Positions 62,040-64,000 of a stretch of DNA of 64,000 nt are shown one piece after another. Location of the stretch: positions 4,340,001-4,404,000 of the forward strand of contig JBHGNT010000006.1 of NCBI GenBank assembly GCA_043228905.1, given 5' to 3'. The notes under the pieces are model-generated. The model saw only the letters and a program-made list of their open reading frames with translations. It was not told where the DNA came from and ran no database searches. Numbering within the stretch: position 1 is the stretch's first letter; each line of letters opens with the position of its first letter. Position numbers and translations under genes: made by a program. The DNA comes from Azolla caroliniana. Lineage: Eukaryota; Plantae; Polypodiophyta.

Positions 62040-64000
62040 ATGATTCTTAGCTGGAGATCATGTTTCAAGATCTCAACTTGCAAGTATTTTTCACATGGGA
62101 AAACCTGTTTCTCTTCAGTTGTGGCCCCTTACCACTCGCAAGATAGCACAAGAACAACAAACACAACGCAAAACACCCAAGAAATCAACACATATGTTGC
62201 AAAATGCTGCAAACAAGGAAGGATTAGTGAAGCCATTGATGCAATTTATGATAAAGATCCATCAGCTAAACTTACCACTTCAGAGACTTATATCTGCCTT
62301 CTGGAATGTTGTAGTAGAATTAGGTCTCTCAAAGAGGCCAAAAGATTACATGCCCATATCACAAAGAGTGAGAAATGTGGTCACATTTGCCATCGGGTCA
62401 TCACAATGTATACAAAATGTAATAGCCTTGAAGATGCTTTATGGGTCTTTGACTCACAAAGTCGGAAGAACCCGGTGGCTTGGAATGCCATATTGTTTGC
62501 TCATGTTGAGTTGGGTACCTTAAAGCAAGCTAAAAAAATATTTGATTTGGTTCCTAACCCTAATATCACATCATGGAATGGTATGATAAGAGCATGCGCT
62601 AAGCATGGATGTATTAAAGATTCTGTTCATATGTTTGAGAAGTTGTTGTATGAGAAGCATTTACCAGCACCGAATAGTCACACTTTTACAAGTGTTTTGA
62701 GCTCAGTTTCAAGGCAAGAATTGGTATTTAATGGTATGGAAATCCATGCTCTAAGTGTTAAATATGGGCTTGATTCTGCTGAGATTGCATGGGCAGTGAT
62801 CAACATGTATGCAAAATGTGGGAAAATTGATGAAGCTCAAAAGGTCTTTAGCTCTACATCTTCTAAGAATGTTTTGTGTTGGGCAGGTATGATTACTGCA
62901 TGTGCAAATAATGGTCAAAATGAAGGAGCTCTGAAGATTTTCCAAGAAATGATGGAAGAAGGATTGACACCGACCCTAGCCATTTATATAAAATCTCTAG
63001 AAGCATGTGCCGGGATTGAGTTCCTAATTGGTGGGAAGCTAATACATTGCCATCTTTCCCAGGATAGCAACGAGTTCATTGTTCCGGTAGCAAATGCTCT
63101 CATCTTAATGTATAACAAATGTAAATGCTTTGAAGATAGCAAAAGCATTTTTGAGAAATTGAAAGAAAGGGATGTTTTCACTTGGAACCTAATGATTAAA
63201 GCAAATGTAGAGCTTGATAAAAATGAAGAGGCCCGCTTCTTGTTTCAAGATATGAAAAAGACTGGTTTAAAACCGAATGTGTTTACCTACAGCATTGTAC
63301 TCGACAGTTTTTCTAGCAAGTCTGAGCTTAAAGAAGGCAAATCTATCCACTCAGAGGTGAAGAAATGTGGGTTTGAGTCAAATATTGTTGTGAGGACAGC
63401 CTTGGTTAATATGTATGCCAAATGTGGAGACCTTCCAAAAGCACGCATACTCTTTGATGAGCTAGAGAAGAAAGATGTGGTATTGTGGACTACTATGATC
63501 GGGATGTATGTACGCTATGGTAATGGTGAGGAAGCTCTGGATTTGTTCGAGAAGATGGAGGAAAATGGTGTGAAACCTGATGTGTTGTCTTATGTAAATG
63601 CACTTTCTGCATGTATGTGCCCTGATGCATTAAGTAAAGGAGAATCACTACATGCTCGGATTAAAGAAGAAGGGTTTGAATCAGATATTGTGGTGAGGAC
63701 TGCGATAATGAGTATGTATGCAAAATGTGGGGGTTTGAGACTTGCAAAACAAGTGTTTGATGACATCTATGATCGAGATGTAGTTGCGTGGACTGCACTT
63801 TTAAGTATATATGCCCATGAGCTTCGTGATGATCCTAGTTCTATTATGGAGCTGTATAAGGAAATGCAAAAAGAAGGAATAAAACCAAATGGAATTACAT
63901 ATATCACCATCTTGGATGCATGCTCTAATGCTTCAGCCTTAGATCTTGGTAAACTGATCCATCGAGACATTTTGGGTAGTGATGAGAAATGTGATAGCAA
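62040..64000 (+). CDS. PLS-class pentatricopeptide repeat protein (organellar RNA-editing type), 3'-partial
   Basis: ORF from ATG 62040 (MILSWRSCFK...) that appears to run off the window; repeated MYAKCG, WNAI/WTTMIG and PNVFTY/PDVLSY motifs. Probably absent from the ORF track because no stop lies in the window. Confidence 0.92.
   Translation, partial: MILSWRSCFKISTCKYFSHGKTCFSSVVAPYHSQDSTRTTNTTQNTQEINTYVAKCCKQGRISEAIDAIYDKDPSAKLTTSETYICLLECCSRIRSLKEAKRLHAHITKSEKCGHICHRVITMYTKCNSLEDALWVFDSQSRKNPVAWNAILFAHVELGTLKQAKKIFDLVPNPNITSWNGMIRACAKHGCIKDSVHMFEKLLYEKHLPAPNSHTFTSVLSSVSRQELVFNGMEIHALSVKYGLDSAEIAWAVINMYAKCGKIDEAQKVFSSTSSKNVLCWAGMITACANNGQNEGALKIFQEMMEEGLTPTLAIYIKSLEACAGIEFLIGGKLIHCHLSQDSNEFIVPVANALILMYNKCKCFEDSKSIFEKLKERDVFTWNLMIKANVELDKNEEARFLFQDMKKTGLKPNVFTYSIVLDSFSSKSELKEGKSIHSEVKKCGFESNIVVRTALVNMYAKCGDLPKARILFDELEKKDVVLWTTMIGMYVRYGNGEEALDLFEKMEENGVKPDVLSYVNALSACMCPDALSKGESLHARIKEEGFESDIVVRTAIMSMYAKCGGLRLAKQVFDDIYDRDVVAWTALLSIYAHELRDDPSSIMELYKEMQKEGIKPNGITYITILDACSNASALDLGKLIHRDILGSDEKCDS

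Overview
Eukaryotic land-plant nuclear DNA. A fern or other non-seed vascular plant is my inference from the TE lineages and the PLS-type PPR; it is not proven. Bases 1-31.5 kb are a deeply nested retrotransposon cluster sitting inside an old minus-strand L1-like LINE. It contains a tandem Ty3/Gypsy array (internal-LTR-internal-LTR, tRNA-Trp PBS) with a very young, near-intact Ty1/Copia in its gag. A second Copia carries a chromovirus with a self-priming signature, which itself carries a truncated third Gypsy. A Copia remnant and a solo LTR follow. Bases 38-64 kb hold four host genes: a PP2C phosphatase (+), a plastid-type peptide deformylase (+), a conserved uncharacterised type-I membrane protein (-) and a PLS-class PPR gene (+, runs off the window). 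The most unusual signal is that each LTR of the tandem Gypsy carries three tRNA-like A-box/B-box (Pol III) cassettes, two antisense in U3 and one sense just after the TATA box. The same element appears to use a GGATTTT+hairpin -1 frameshift between protease and RT. All coordinates and identities were read by eye.
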